This document shows, piece after piece, positions 1 to 9,632 of a stretch of 57,079 nucleotides of DNA (its first letter is position 1; the number at the start of each line of letters is the position of its first letter). Position numbers and translations under genes: made by a program. The notes beneath the pieces were generated by a model. The model saw only the letters and a list, made by a program, of their open reading frames with translations. It searched no databases and had not been told where the DNA came from. This DNA comes from Nitrosopumilaceae archaeon (GTDB lineage Archaea; Thermoproteota; Nitrososphaeria; Nitrososphaerales; Nitrosopumilaceae), in NCBI GenBank assembly GCA_021296175.1, contig JAGWAX010000001.1, positions 1 through 57,079 on the forward strand, read 5' to 3'.

Positions 1-421
1 AGATTTTCTCTCGACGTATACAAATACATCAATAGAAAGACATCAGAATACGCATGAACTTTGGATCGCAGCTATACCTCGAATGTCATTTGAGTGGGCA
101 TGTCTTGCAGGATTGTCCTGTTTGGTGGCCCTCACTCTTGGGGTTACAATAGCCGCTATTCATTACATCTCATTCAGTCTGGATGTCACCTCTGCCGTTC
201 TGGCAACATGCCTGCATCCAAATGCAATCATAGCTGCCGTGATTCCTGACCGGTGCGTCTGATACGTCAATCTTAGAATCTGTATTTTGTAGAGTTCGAG
301 TCGGGTCAAATTCGAACTCAACCAGCAGGGTTAAATTTCAGTTTCCCTTGAATCTGCACGTTGACAGGTACGGAATCGGGTGGCAAAGATCGGGTTGAAA
401 TCAACTCGCATATGGTGGAAG

Positions 422-495
422 CGGGTCTAAAGGGATTCGAACCCTTGACAGCCGGATTAAAAGTCCGGAGCGCTACCTGGCTGCGCCATAGACCC
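422..495 (-). tRNA. tRNA-Lys(TTT)
   Basis: Reverse complement folds as a cloverleaf: GGGTCTA/TAGACCC acceptor, CCGGA-CTTTTAA-TCCGG anticodon arm, AAGGG-TTCGAAT-CCCTT T arm. Confidence 0.96.
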
Positions 496-726
496 CCAGC
501 GTACTGCGTTTTGTGTGTACAATTTAGTCCTTTCAGGATGCAGGTGTAACAGTTCAACCTTCTTCCCCTCATCAACTGTCTGGTGTGCCGGTCACCGAAT
601 ATCATGTACCGTCCACCCAGTCGCCGTTGGGGGAGGGGCGGAGAGAGGACGTGGTGCCACGGGAATTGAGCGGCCAGTCACGCCTGAGCAAACTTTTAAT
701 CTGGCCCGTTTTGTAGCCAGATCCGT

Positions 727-804
727 GCCCTTGTAGTATAGCCAGGTCTAGAATTCGGCCCTGTCACGGCTGAGACGCGTGTTCAAATCCCGCCGAGGGC
801 GCCA
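727..804 (+). tRNA. tRNA-Asp(GTC), CCA encoded
   Basis: GCCCTTG/CGAGGGC acceptor, anticodon loop CTGTCAC, T loop TTCAAAT, followed by G-CCA. Confidence 0.95.
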
Positions 805-907
805 TCTTCTTTGTACAGCGCATGCTATGCTTGACACGCGACATTGTTCATTCTCAGATTAATCTCGTCCTTTCAAATCTTAAAAAAGACGACTCCGTCA
901 TGGATAC

Positions 908-1351
908 ATGTCCACAATCCGAGATGCCGCCCACGGCGACGTGCCATTCGTGCTTGATTTGCTGTACGAGCTTGGAAGGCCCCGGCCTGCAGGCGAACAG
1001 GAGGAAGACATGTTCAAGAGGGTCATATCTGGATACATTGCGGATGCGGACAAGGGACTACTCGTGGCCGAATCCGACCATTCAGTAGTGGGGCTTGTAT
1101 CCATCATGTTTCTTGCCCGGTGCAACCACGCGGGGCCGGAGATGTACATTCCAGAACTAGTTGTACGCGCTGATTGCCGTGGCAGGGGCATTGGCAGGGC
1201 TCTGGCCGAGGAGTGCATGAGGATCGCCGGCACGCGAGGATGTCACCGTATTAGGCTGGAGTCGGGAAACCAGAGAATGGATTCTCATGATTTTTACCGG
1301 CACTTGGGATTCAGCCAGCAGGCGCTGTCGTTTGAGTTTTTGATTTCGTAA
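908..1351 (+). CDS. GNAT family N-acetyltransferase
   Basis: Motif A 'ELVVRADCRGRGIGRAL' and C-terminal 'SHDFYRHLGF'. Confidence 0.9.
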   Translation: MSTIRDAAHGDVPFVLDLLYELGRPRPAGEQEEDMFKRVISGYIADADKGLLVAESDHSVVGLVSIMFLARCNHAGPEMYIPELVVRADCRGRGIGRALAEECMRIAGTRGCHRIRLESGNQRMDSHDFYRHLGFSQQALSFEFLIS

Positions 1352-1814
1352 TTGGTTTTAACTCTGCCACTGATTCCGGCTGGCCTCCCATTTTTTGCAC
1401 GACTCGAATCTGGTACGTGACTGCTGTTAAAAGACTGGGGCGGGCCCCGGCAAAGCAGATGCCTTTGCGTGCCGGAGGAGAGATGCAGCCAAACGCTGCA
1501 TGTACGCTTGAGCTTGACATTACACGGGGTCGGACGCACATCGCAGAAGAGCCCGGTGTGGGCAATGGCACTGACTGCACCGTCTGGACTGTTAGTGTGC
1601 TGGATACGGGGCGCCTTACGGCTTCCGGGGTTGGCGCGGCCAACTGGCGGTGCGACTTCTGCATCGGATCCTACAAAAGATGCGCCACCACCAGATCGGG
1701 CGGGTGGCAGTAGCAATCCGGCAAACGATCTGGCCGCACGCAAGACCCGTGTCACGTCGGTAGGGCATACCTGCCTTCCCCTTCCTACGCTAATCTTAAA
1801 ATTCTGGCAGTTGG

Positions 1815-2555
1815 ATGCCCCTCTTATTGTCCGAGGCAAAGGATTCGTCTGATACCACCGCGCCCGCCGCAGCCGCCAAGCCCGCAGCCGCCAAGCCCGC
1901 GCCTGCAAAAAAGGCAGAGGATAAGAAAGAAGAGAAGTCCCCCGAGGACAAGGCCGCAAGCGCACGCGCGGCCATGGAAAAGGCCGACGCCGCCATAAAG
2001 GCGGCCGAGCAGGCCGAGCTGGACGCAAAACAGGCCGCAGAGAAGGCGGCCGCGGCAAAAAAGGCTGCCGAGGAGGCCGCGGAGGCAGAGTACAAGGCCA
2101 TCGCCGAGCAGGTAAAGGCCGACGTTGCCAAAAAGCCCGTCCACACATTCAAGAGGCAGTCCGAAGAGATCTTCCGCCGCGACATGGGCGAGCCGGAGTT
2201 CTTCCTTGACCGGAAGGACAGGTTCCCGCGCCCCATTCTGACCCCGCAGCAGCAGGAGTCGCTGACGAGGCATGCCGAGACTCCGCAGGACCAGACCCCC
2301 GAGTACGTGCCGGAGCACGTCCTGAGCCCCGAGTTCGAGGGGGTCTCAAACTACGAGCGGGGGGTCGAGTCGTACCTGGAGGAGCTGCGCTCAAAACTCA
2401 GAAAGCTAAAGCAGGTCAAGGACGCGGACTCCGTAGCCGTGGAGGTGGCGCGCGTAAAGGCCAACATAACGTACCTCGAGTCGCTTCACGAGAACTTTTA
2501 TCTTGGAATGAACGTATTTAGGACCGCAAGGGGCGGCCGCTCAAAGGTGGCGTGA
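1815..2555 (+). CDS. Hypothetical protein with Ala/Lys/Pro-rich N-terminus and coiled-coil (start may be TTG 1827)
   Basis: Long ORF with genome-typical codon use, PAAAKP repeats, ends 6 nt before the hemA-like gene. Confidence 0.8.
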   Translation: MPLLLSEAKDSSDTTAPAAAAKPAAAKPAPAKKAEDKKEEKSPEDKAASARAAMEKADAAIKAAEQAELDAKQAAEKAAAAKKAAEEAAEAEYKAIAEQVKADVAKKPVHTFKRQSEEIFRRDMGEPEFFLDRKDRFPRPILTPQQQESLTRHAETPQDQTPEYVPEHVLSPEFEGVSNYERGVESYLEELRSKLRKLKQVKDADSVAVEVARVKANITYLESLHENFYLGMNVFRTARGGRSKVA

Positions 2556-2561
2556 CTGCAT

Positions 2562-3647
2562 ATGTCCGGGGAAGGCAGCGTGGGTTTTGACATTGTAAAC
2601 GCCAGGGTCACGTTCAGAAACGTGCCCATGCACACGCTTGCAAAGTTCGTGTTTGACGACGTGGACGTGGCCGCTGAAGAGTTCAAAAAGATCCCCGGCG
2701 TAGGGGAGTGCATCATAGTGCAGACTGCAAGCCGCGTGGAGCTGTTCCTGGTCAGCAACATAGAGCGCTCCGACGAGTTAGACCTGCGGCGCGCGGACAG
2801 CAAGGGGCTCATGCTCAACCGCATAAAGGAGGTCTGGATATCACTCTCGACTCTGGATCAGATCGACATAGACCACATAGACCAGATCCTCGAGGTGTAC
2901 AAGGGCGAGGACGTCTACCGGAACCTGTTGAGGCTTGCCACCGGGCTTGACTCCATCGTGGTGGGCAAGCCGGAGATATACGACGAGATAGTGCAGGCCG
3001 CGTCAAGGGCCAAGGATGCGGGACTGTCGGGCCGGATACTTGACAGGCTGTTTGCGTCCGTCATCAGGGTGGCCACCCGCATACGGGACACCACCGAGAT
3101 AGGCGACGATGTAACGTCGCTTGGGGACGTGGCAATCAAGATGGTCGAGGAAAAGGCCGGCATGGACTCCAAGAAGAAGGTGCTGCTCATCGGAACCGGA
3201 GAGCCTGCGGCCATGCTTGCAAAGGCGCTCATAAAGGCCGGGACGGGATTCGACGTGACAAGCCGCACGCTTGAGAGGGCGGCGGGGTTTGCAAAGGTGC
3301 TGGGCGGCGGGACGCCGGTCGAGTTTGAGGCCGCCCTGGCCGGGTTCAGCAAGTACGACATAGTCCTGGTGGCCACCACCTCGGACTACTTTTTGATCAC
3401 GCACGAGCGCATCAGGCTGATGATGGAGGACAAGAAGAAGGGGACCCTGATAATGGACCTGTCCGACCCGCGCACGGTGGACGAGGGGATAACCGCGTTT
3501 CCCGGCGTCAAGCTGATGTTCAGGGACCAGGTATACGAGATGTACCTGGAAAACGCGACGGCCCACGAGGTCTTGGTCCCGGCAGTCGAAAAGATCATTG
3601 CAAAGGAGCTGCCCGTCATGTCGGTCCAGATGAGGCATCTGGACTGA
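2562..3647 (+). CDS. Glutamyl-tRNA reductase-like protein (HemA paralog, catalytic Cys absent)
   Basis: HemA architecture: 'QTASRVE' at the TCNR position, 'ATGLDSIVVG', Rossmann 'VLLIGTGE', 'MDLSDPRTVD'. Confidence 0.88.
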   Translation: MSGEGSVGFDIVNARVTFRNVPMHTLAKFVFDDVDVAAEEFKKIPGVGECIIVQTASRVELFLVSNIERSDELDLRRADSKGLMLNRIKEVWISLSTLDQIDIDHIDQILEVYKGEDVYRNLLRLATGLDSIVVGKPEIYDEIVQAASRAKDAGLSGRILDRLFASVIRVATRIRDTTEIGDDVTSLGDVAIKMVEEKAGMDSKKKVLLIGTGEPAAMLAKALIKAGTGFDVTSRTLERAAGFAKVLGGGTPVEFEAALAGFSKYDIVLVATTSDYFLITHERIRLMMEDKKKGTLIMDLSDPRTVDEGITAFPGVKLMFRDQVYEMYLENATAHEVLVPAVEKIIAKELPVMSVQMRHLD

Positions 3648-3652
3648 TGCGG

Positions 3653-3820
3653 TCACAGCCCCTGCTTGCGCATTATAAACTGCAGTATGGCCTCTCTGGA
3701 ATACTCTATGCCGTGCTCCGTCTCCATGTGATCCCTAAAGCTGTCGACCACGTCGCCTTCCTCGCCCTCCGTTACGTAACCGCACTCAAAGCCGTAATCC
3801 TTGCAGGTCAGGTTTGCCAC
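3653..3820 (-). CDS. Small DUF1059-like metal-binding protein (55 aa, not in the ORF track)
   Basis: Hand translation MANLTCKDYGFECGYVTEGEEGDVVDSFRDHMETEHGIEYSREAILQFIMRKQGL*: C-x6-C ... H-x4-H-G pattern. Confidence 0.88.
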   Translation of the reverse strand: MANLTCKDYGFECGYVTEGEEGDVVDSFRDHMETEHGIEYSREAILQFIMRKQGL

Positions 3821-3935
3821 GTGCGCCCTTGTTGTGATGATTATAAAAATCCTGATAGTGCCGCCCCTGCCGTGCAGCGGGACGGGGATGGCATGGGCGG
3901 CCGCCGCTGCCGCTCCTTCTGCAGCGCCGGGGTGG

Positions 3936-4778
3936 TCACCCGTACGATTCGTACTTTATGCTGTAGCTGCCGTCGGGGTTCTTGTCGTGCTCCGTCACAA
4001 AGCCCTTGCTGCCGACGGCGTCAATCACGCCGTCGATGGTCCCTTGGTAGCCACAGATATAGATCATGGTGTTCTCCGGCGTGATCTGCTCGCCGACCAT
4101 CTCCTCGACCGGCGAGAGGCCCGTCTTTTTGTTCGGCACGAAAAAGGACTCGACCCTCCCCGTGTGGCCGTTCCACGCCCTGTTGAAGAACTCCTTTGGC
4201 CTTGATATGGCGGCCTTGTACTTAAAGTTCCACTTGTCCCTGCCCCTCTTCTCGCTCTCTTCCTCGAGGCCGGTCAGCAGCCGCTTGTAGCTCAGCTCGT
4301 CGATATAGCTTGCCCCGTGCAGCACCACGATCTCGCGGCTGTCGTTGGTGTCGTGGAAGTGCTTTGCAAACGCTATGAACGGGGCTATTCCGGTTCCCCC
4401 TCCGACGCATATGATGCGCCTGTCGTCCTTTTGGCCATTGGGAAGCGTCTCGCTTATCTGGAGCGCCGCGCCCGTCGGCTCTCCGAGCCAGACCTCGTCG
4501 CCCACGTTTGCATAGAACAGCTCCGTGGTCACCCTGCCCGGCAGTGGCTTTCTGACCCACCTTATTACAAACTCGAAATAGTCGCGGTTCTCCGGATGCG
4601 ACGCTATGGAGTAGGCGCGCCTGACTATCTTCTTCTCAGTCGGTATGGGGACGCCTACGGTCAAGAACTGCCCCGTCTTGTACTCTGGCATGCCGGTGTT
4701 CGGGACCAGCCTTATGACTATGAGGTCCTCCTTTAGCAGCTCCATGTACGTTATCTTTGCCTTGACCTCGCTTACCAT
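3936..4778 (-). CDS. fpr: Ferredoxin--NADP(+) reductase
   Basis: FAD motif RRAYSIAS, NAD(P) motif GGGTGIAPF, YICG. Confidence 0.92.
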   Translation of the reverse strand: MVSEVKAKITYMELLKEDLIVIRLVPNTGMPEYKTGQFLTVGVPIPTEKKIVRRAYSIASHPENRDYFEFVIRWVRKPLPGRVTTELFYANVGDEVWLGEPTGAALQISETLPNGQKDDRRIICVGGGTGIAPFIAFAKHFHDTNDSREIVVLHGASYIDELSYKRLLTGLEEESEKRGRDKWNFKYKAAISRPKEFFNRAWNGHTGRVESFFVPNKKTGLSPVEEMVGEQITPENTMIYICGYQGTIDGVIDAVGSKGFVTEHDKNPDGSYSIKYESYG

Positions 4779-5093
4779 TCAGACAAGTTCGGACGCGTCG
4801 GTTAAAAAATATTGCCTTTGGGGGCGCGGCGCGGCGGCCCCGTCAGGAGCGACTGCTGTTCCGCGGCCGGCCGGCATCTGTCTGGGCGTTTTTTCCATGC
4901 GCGCGCATTGCGTGTATGGTCAGTTTCATCGCTATCCCCCCCGCCGCATCCGCACGATCGTAACAATGGTAGTCACACCAACGGTGACCGCACCAACAGT
5001 GTTCACTTCGATGTGGCGTTACCCGCAAATGTCCGCCACGTGGCCCGATCCGGAATATAGTAGCTATTTATTGCAATTTGCTGCGCGCGCGGC

Positions 5094-5384
5094 GTGACGC
5101 TTGAGTTTACGTACCATGCAGCAAGCGGGGAGCACGCCACGCGGCGCGAGGACGCCGACATGGTCATCTTCAAGGATGTCGACGTCTCAGACAAGATGGT
5201 GATATGGGACTTCAAGGGGGGACCCAAGCCCGGCTTTCTTCCCGACAAGATCTCAAACCCCGGCGTAATCGACCTTACAATGGAGGAGCTCGAGGAGAGG
5301 CGAAGGCGTGAAGGCATACCGGTGATGGTGCTTGACGTGGACGTCGACTCCGGGAGCGTCACGCCCCGCGACGCCGCGGACTAG
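5094..5384 (+). CDS. Hypothetical protein
   Basis: Protein-like composition and codon use; AT-rich TATA-like element just upstream. Confidence 0.7.
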   Translation: MTLEFTYHAASGEHATRREDADMVIFKDVDVSDKMVIWDFKGGPKPGFLPDKISNPGVIDLTMEELEERRRREGIPVMVLDVDVDSGSVTPRDAAD

Positions 5385-5410
5385 CGAGCAGGGCGCACCC
5401 GCGACACCGG

Positions 5411-6448
5411 CTAGGGTTTCAGCATGACCTTTAGGGCGTCGCCCTCCCGCGAGCGCCCGACGGCGGCTCCAAACTCGTCTAGCGTAAACGTCGAGTCTAC
5501 CATGTGGTCGACCCGTACCGTCCCCGCCGCGAGCGCCTCTATGGCGGGCCCAAAGACCCCGCACCTGGAGCCGACTAGCGTCACCTCGTGTATTACGGCC
5601 GGCGTCAGGTCCGCCCCGCCCCCGGACGCGATGGTGGACTTTAGGACCAGCGTGCCGCGGGGTTTGGTCAGGGCCATCGCGTCTGCAAAGCCGGACATGC
5701 TGCCGCTTGCGTCCACCACCATGTCAAAGGCCTGTCTGTCGCCGTCCGCGATCCTACCGCCGCCACTGCCTTGGCCGCCGCCCTTGCTCACGCTACTGTC
5801 CCCTGCTTCCTCCCCACGCTCGGCGGCCCCCAGGCGCGTACTGATCCCGAACCCCTCAAGCATCCTCAGCTTTTCTGCATGTTTGCCAAAGCACGTAACG
5901 TCGTTGTGCGACATCCTGAGCACCTGGCATACCAGCTGGGCAAGCCTTCCGTCGCCCACGACGGCGGCCCTGCTGCCTGCCGCCGCCTGCACCTGTCCGC
6001 TTATCTCAAATGCAGCGGCCAGCGGCTCGATGAACACGGCCTGCTCGTCGGAGACCGAGTCGGGTACGGGGTGCAGGTTTCTTGCAGGCAGCGACAGCCG
6101 CTCGGCAAACGCGCCGTCGCGGCCCTGTATGCCGAGCACGGTACGGGCCGGGCAGTGGCGCTCCATGCCGCCTTGGCACCTGCCGCACCTGCCGCACCCG
6201 ACGTTGATCTCGCCTGCCACCCTTCTTCCCACAAGTGTGGCGCCGTGCGCCTCTGACTCCTCGACCACGCCGACAAACTCGTGTCCAGGCACCCCGCGGT
6301 ATGACATGTACCCGTCGAGCATCTCCAGGTCGGTGCCGCATATGCCGGCAAGCGTTACACCCACCGTGGACTCGCCGCTTGTGCTGGGATCCGGATAGTC
6401 GCTTCTCGTGCGCGCGCCGCCGGCACCGTCAAAGTATACTGCCCTCAA
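5411..6448 (-). CDS. Zinc-dependent alcohol dehydrogenase (MDR family)
   Basis: GICGTD, GHEFVG, structural Zn C-x2-C-x2-C-x7-C, EPLAAA. Confidence 0.93.
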   Translation of the reverse strand: MRAVYFDGAGGARTRSDYPDPSTSGESTVGVTLAGICGTDLEMLDGYMSYRGVPGHEFVGVVEESEAHGATLVGRRVAGEINVGCGRCGRCQGGMERHCPARTVLGIQGRDGAFAERLSLPARNLHPVPDSVSDEQAVFIEPLAAAFEISGQVQAAAGSRAAVVGDGRLAQLVCQVLRMSHNDVTCFGKHAEKLRMLEGFGISTRLGAAERGEEAGDSSVSKGGGQGSGGGRIADGDRQAFDMVVDASGSMSGFADAMALTKPRGTLVLKSTIASGGGADLTPAVIHEVTLVGSRCGVFGPAIEALAAGTVRVDHMVDSTFTLDEFGAAVGRSREGDALKVMLKP

Positions 6449-6473
6449 CGAGGGGTGTATCCCGTACGCCTGC

Positions 6474-7316
6474 TTAAATGCATCTGCCGCCGCCGGCGGC
6501 GGTGGGACGCCCCCGCCCGATTCCCGACGCTATGGAGTCCAGCGTATCCTTGTTTGACGCCATCACAAACGAGATGCGCGTGCCATACTCGAGGTTGGCA
6601 TCCAGCGGCCTCATCTGCTCGTCTAGCAGTATGCCGCCGGCCTCCCTTGCTATGATGTATCCGGCCGCAATGTCCTGTATGCGTATCATGTCCCTTATGT
6701 CCACAAAGGCGTCAAGCAGCCCGCGCGCAAAGAGGGCCATCTCCAGCGCGTTTGCGCCAAAGTGCCTGATGTGGTTGTTGTCCTCAAAGAGCGGCTGCAT
6801 CCTGGCCGCCAGGTCCGGTGTCGCCCCGGATGTGTTGACCCCGACTATGCGGTATATGGGATCCTCGTCGCGGACGCGTATGGGCGCGCCGTTCATGTAG
6901 GCCCCGCCCCCGGCAGTGGCCCAGTACATGTCGCCACTGCTCAGGTCCGTCACGACGCCGGCCGACACGGTGCTGAGCCTGTCGCCGGTGGCAAACGCAA
7001 GCGAGCTGCAGAAGAACGGGACGCCCCTGACGGCGTTTGCAGAGCCGTCTATCGCGTCCATTATGACATAGCCGGCCGGGTTCTCTGACAGCTCGACCCT
7101 GCCGCACTCCTCGCCAAGCACCACGCACGGCAGGCCCGCGCCCTCCAGAAAGTCAAGCACGGTCTTCTCTGCCACGATGTCTATCCTCCTTGACACGTCG
7201 CCGCCGGCCCCCACGCCGTAGTCCCCGGCCGCGTCCGGCGTGCCGGCCATGCCCTTCGTGTTCTGGTATATGAGGCGCGAGGCCTCCTTTAGTATCCCTA
7301 TGATATCGTGTGACAC
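6474..7316 (-). CDS. Inositol monophosphatase / FBPase family protein
   Basis: 'VLGEECG', 'DAIDGSAN', 'DIAAGYIIAREAGG'; start moved to GTG 7316 because the longer ORF overlaps the divergent gene. Confidence 0.9.
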   Translation of the reverse strand: MSHDIIGILKEASRLIYQNTKGMAGTPDAAGDYGVGAGGDVSRRIDIVAEKTVLDFLEGAGLPCVVLGEECGRVELSENPAGYVIMDAIDGSANAVRGVPFFCSSLAFATGDRLSTVSAGVVTDLSSGDMYWATAGGGAYMNGAPIRVRDEDPIYRIVGVNTSGATPDLAARMQPLFEDNNHIRHFGANALEMALFARGLLDAFVDIRDMIRIQDIAAGYIIAREAGGILLDEQMRPLDANLEYGTRISFVMASNKDTLDSIASGIGRGRPTAAGGGRCI

Positions 7317-7413
7317 AAGGACGCGTCCTGCACGTCGTAATTTAAAGAAAGAAGGGCCTGACGCGGCGCCTCTTCTTTCAATACATAAATACGAACACGG
7401 CGCCGCGCATACC

Positions 7414-8574
7414 GTGCTAGGCAAGAACCAGTCGGTCTTTGACAAGGGGGCGCTAGCAAGCACAAAGCCCGGCAAGCAGCTGATACGCCAGAAACTCTTC
7501 AAGTCAAAAGGGTACAGGCTGTTTGACAGGTACAAGACCGAGTCCGAGGAGAACTTTGCGGACTTTGCGCGGCGGTTTGCGGCCGAGCTGCACGGCGCGA
7601 TATCCTCTGACGGCTCGCCGCACGACACCGTGCAGAGGTTCGCCGACGAGGTGGGCTCGCCGGAGATGGGGCTGTCCCCGTCCGGCGCAGACGCGGCCAG
7701 GGACCGCCTGCAGAACATGGACGAGCTGCGGATCAGGGTGGACCGCATACTTGACTCGAACTTTGTAAAGATGACGTTTCCCGTGTTCAACGCGCTGTAC
7801 GACGGGGCGGTTGCGCTACGCGGGGACGACCGGGGCGGCGACGGCCTGCGCCGCGACGTTGTCGAGGGCCACATCATGGCCATCGACCTCAGCGAGCCGA
7901 TGGACCGCATAGTCGACAAGGACGAGGACGTGAAATACCTGGACGACTACCGCCTCATGAACCCGTACATACTGGGCCTTGCAAGGCGCCGCATATCAAG
8001 GGGTGGTGATGCCATACTCGGATCGTTTGAGGCCGGCTTTGCCGACGCGCGGCTGGGCCAGGACCTTGATGAGCAGCTAAAGTCCGCGCCCGGCGAGATA
8101 ACCGAGGACGACATGACCACCTCGTACAAAAAGTACAGGGCCGTGATGGGCACGGCGGGCCGCAACATGGCCCTCGCCGAGAGGCCGCTTGGCGACGTAT
8201 TCTACCTGGGCATGGCAAAGGCCGCCGAGGGGGTGGGGTGCGGAAACGAGATCGAGGACTCGATAAGGGACCGCGCCGCAAAGGTCCCGTCCTGGCCGCT
8301 CTACTATTCGGTGCTGTCGGGCAGCTCGGAGACCGGCTTTGAGGCCGCGGCCAGGAAGGGGGACCTGTACCTGCAGGACGCGCGCCTTGCGATATCACTG
8401 CTGCCCGAGGAGTTTGAGGCCACGGAGCTCTTGGAGTTTCTGTTTGTTACGATGGAGCACTACAACAGGTACTGGTACGACAGGATGCTGCAGCTTGGCG
8501 CGTGGGACGAGTTTGACTCCAAACTGCCGGCGCGCGGCGGCGCGGACGTAAATGGCAAGGGAAAGGGGCAGTAA
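7414..8574 (+). CDS. Hypothetical protein (probably thaumarchaeal core)
   Basis: Long ORF with typical codon bias; GTG start downstream of AT-rich divergent promoter region. Confidence 0.8.
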   Translation: MLGKNQSVFDKGALASTKPGKQLIRQKLFKSKGYRLFDRYKTESEENFADFARRFAAELHGAISSDGSPHDTVQRFADEVGSPEMGLSPSGADAARDRLQNMDELRIRVDRILDSNFVKMTFPVFNALYDGAVALRGDDRGGDGLRRDVVEGHIMAIDLSEPMDRIVDKDEDVKYLDDYRLMNPYILGLARRRISRGGDAILGSFEAGFADARLGQDLDEQLKSAPGEITEDDMTTSYKKYRAVMGTAGRNMALAERPLGDVFYLGMAKAAEGVGCGNEIEDSIRDRAAKVPSWPLYYSVLSGSSETGFEAAARKGDLYLQDARLAISLLPEEFEATELLEFLFVTMEHYNRYWYDRMLQLGAWDEFDSKLPARGGADVNGKGKGQ

Positions 8575-8612
8575 ATGAGGGAGCAAGAGAGACGGGAGGA
8601 CGCACCCAAGCC

Positions 8613-9632
8613 ATGATATGGTCTGACAAGCACCGACCCACTTCCGTACGCGACATGGTCGGAAACGAGGAGCCCCGTGCGGCCATCGTCACGTGGCTTG
8701 CAAAGTGGAAGGCGGGCACAAAGCCCCTGCTGCTTGTGGGCCCCCCCGGCGTGGGCAAGACCACGATGGCGTTCCTGCTTGCCGAACAGTTCGGGTACGA
8801 CATGATAGGCCTCAACGCAAGCGACGTGCGCAGCAAGTCAAAGATAAACGAGATTCTGGAACCCGTACTGGGAAACGCCGCCGTAACGGGCAGGCCCGCG
8901 ATGATATTTGTCGACGAGGTGGACGGGATACACGGGCGCAGCGATTACGGCGGATCGGCCGCGCTGGTCGGCATAATGAAGCGCACGTCAGTGCCGATAA
9001 TACTTGCCGCAAACGACGACACCCACGACAAGATGAAGCCCGTGACAAAGGCGGCCACCACGGTAAGGTTCCGCCGCGTCCCACCCCGCCTGCTGCGGGC
9101 GTACCTGGAGGGTGTGCTGCAGTCCGAGGACGCCGGCTCGCCTGACGGCCCCTCCAAGAGGATCGGGTATGGAATGCTCATCAAGATTGTGAACAGGTCG
9201 AGGGGCGACATACGCTCCATGATGAACCTGGCGCAGTCGTACGCGACCGGGTTCAACCCGCAGACGGAGACGCCAGACGACGTGCTTGCAGCGGAGCAGG
9301 CGGTGCCGGCATTCTTCGGAGCCGAGTCCGCGGAGCAAGCGGCCGGTGTACTGCGGCGCATGCAGTCCGACCCGCGTGAAAAGATAGCCGCGTTCTACTC
9401 CAGCGTGGTGACAAGCAGGGGGCTTGATCCCGCCGTGATGGCCCGGCTGCTCCGTATAATATCGGATGCTGACGTGCTGTACGGCCGCATAATGCGCACG
9501 CAGAACTGGAGGCTGCTCCGATATCTGGACGGGATGCTTCTGAGCATGTACGGCGCAGCAGCACCGCCGGGGGATCGAAACCGTCGGGTGCCTCTGGATC
9601 CGGCGGCGGACGCGGCGCGGATATGGCGATAA
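8613..9632 (+). CDS. rfcL: Replication factor C large subunit, N-terminal part
   Basis: WSDKHRP, Walker A GPPGVGKT, LNASD, Walker B FVDEVD, GDIRS. Confidence 0.9.
   Translation: MIWSDKHRPTSVRDMVGNEEPRAAIVTWLAKWKAGTKPLLLVGPPGVGKTTMAFLLAEQFGYDMIGLNASDVRSKSKINEILEPVLGNAAVTGRPAMIFVDEVDGIHGRSDYGGSAALVGIMKRTSVPIILAANDDTHDKMKPVTKAATTVRFRRVPPRLLRAYLEGVLQSEDAGSPDGPSKRIGYGMLIKIVNRSRGDIRSMMNLAQSYATGFNPQTETPDDVLAAEQAVPAFFGAESAEQAAGVLRRMQSDPREKIAAFYSSVVTSRGLDPAVMARLLRIISDADVLYGRIMRTQNWRLLRYLDGMLLSMYGAAAPPGDRNRRVPLDPAADAARIWR

Noticed and set aside
776..792. Single T-stem mismatches in tRNA-Asp and tRNA(CAT) suggesting editing or pseudogenes
   Set aside because: One mismatch in otherwise intact cloverleaves is tolerated; no further evidence
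1417..1713. 98-aa ORF with faint IS1/IS6-like wording (TVWTVSVLDTGRL)
   Set aside because: Similarity too weak to support without a search; no terminal repeats seen
4933..5007. Tiny minus-strand Val/Thr-rich ORF (MNTVGAVTVGVTTIVTIVRMRRGG) resembling a leader peptide
   Set aside because: No attenuator structure or relevant downstream biosynthetic gene; consistent with local low-complexity DNA
6474..7919. Long overlapping N-terminal extensions of the IMPase (to 7919) and of its divergent neighbour (from 7240)
   Set aside because: Starts at 7316 and 7414 remove the overlap and leave an AT-rich divergent promoter
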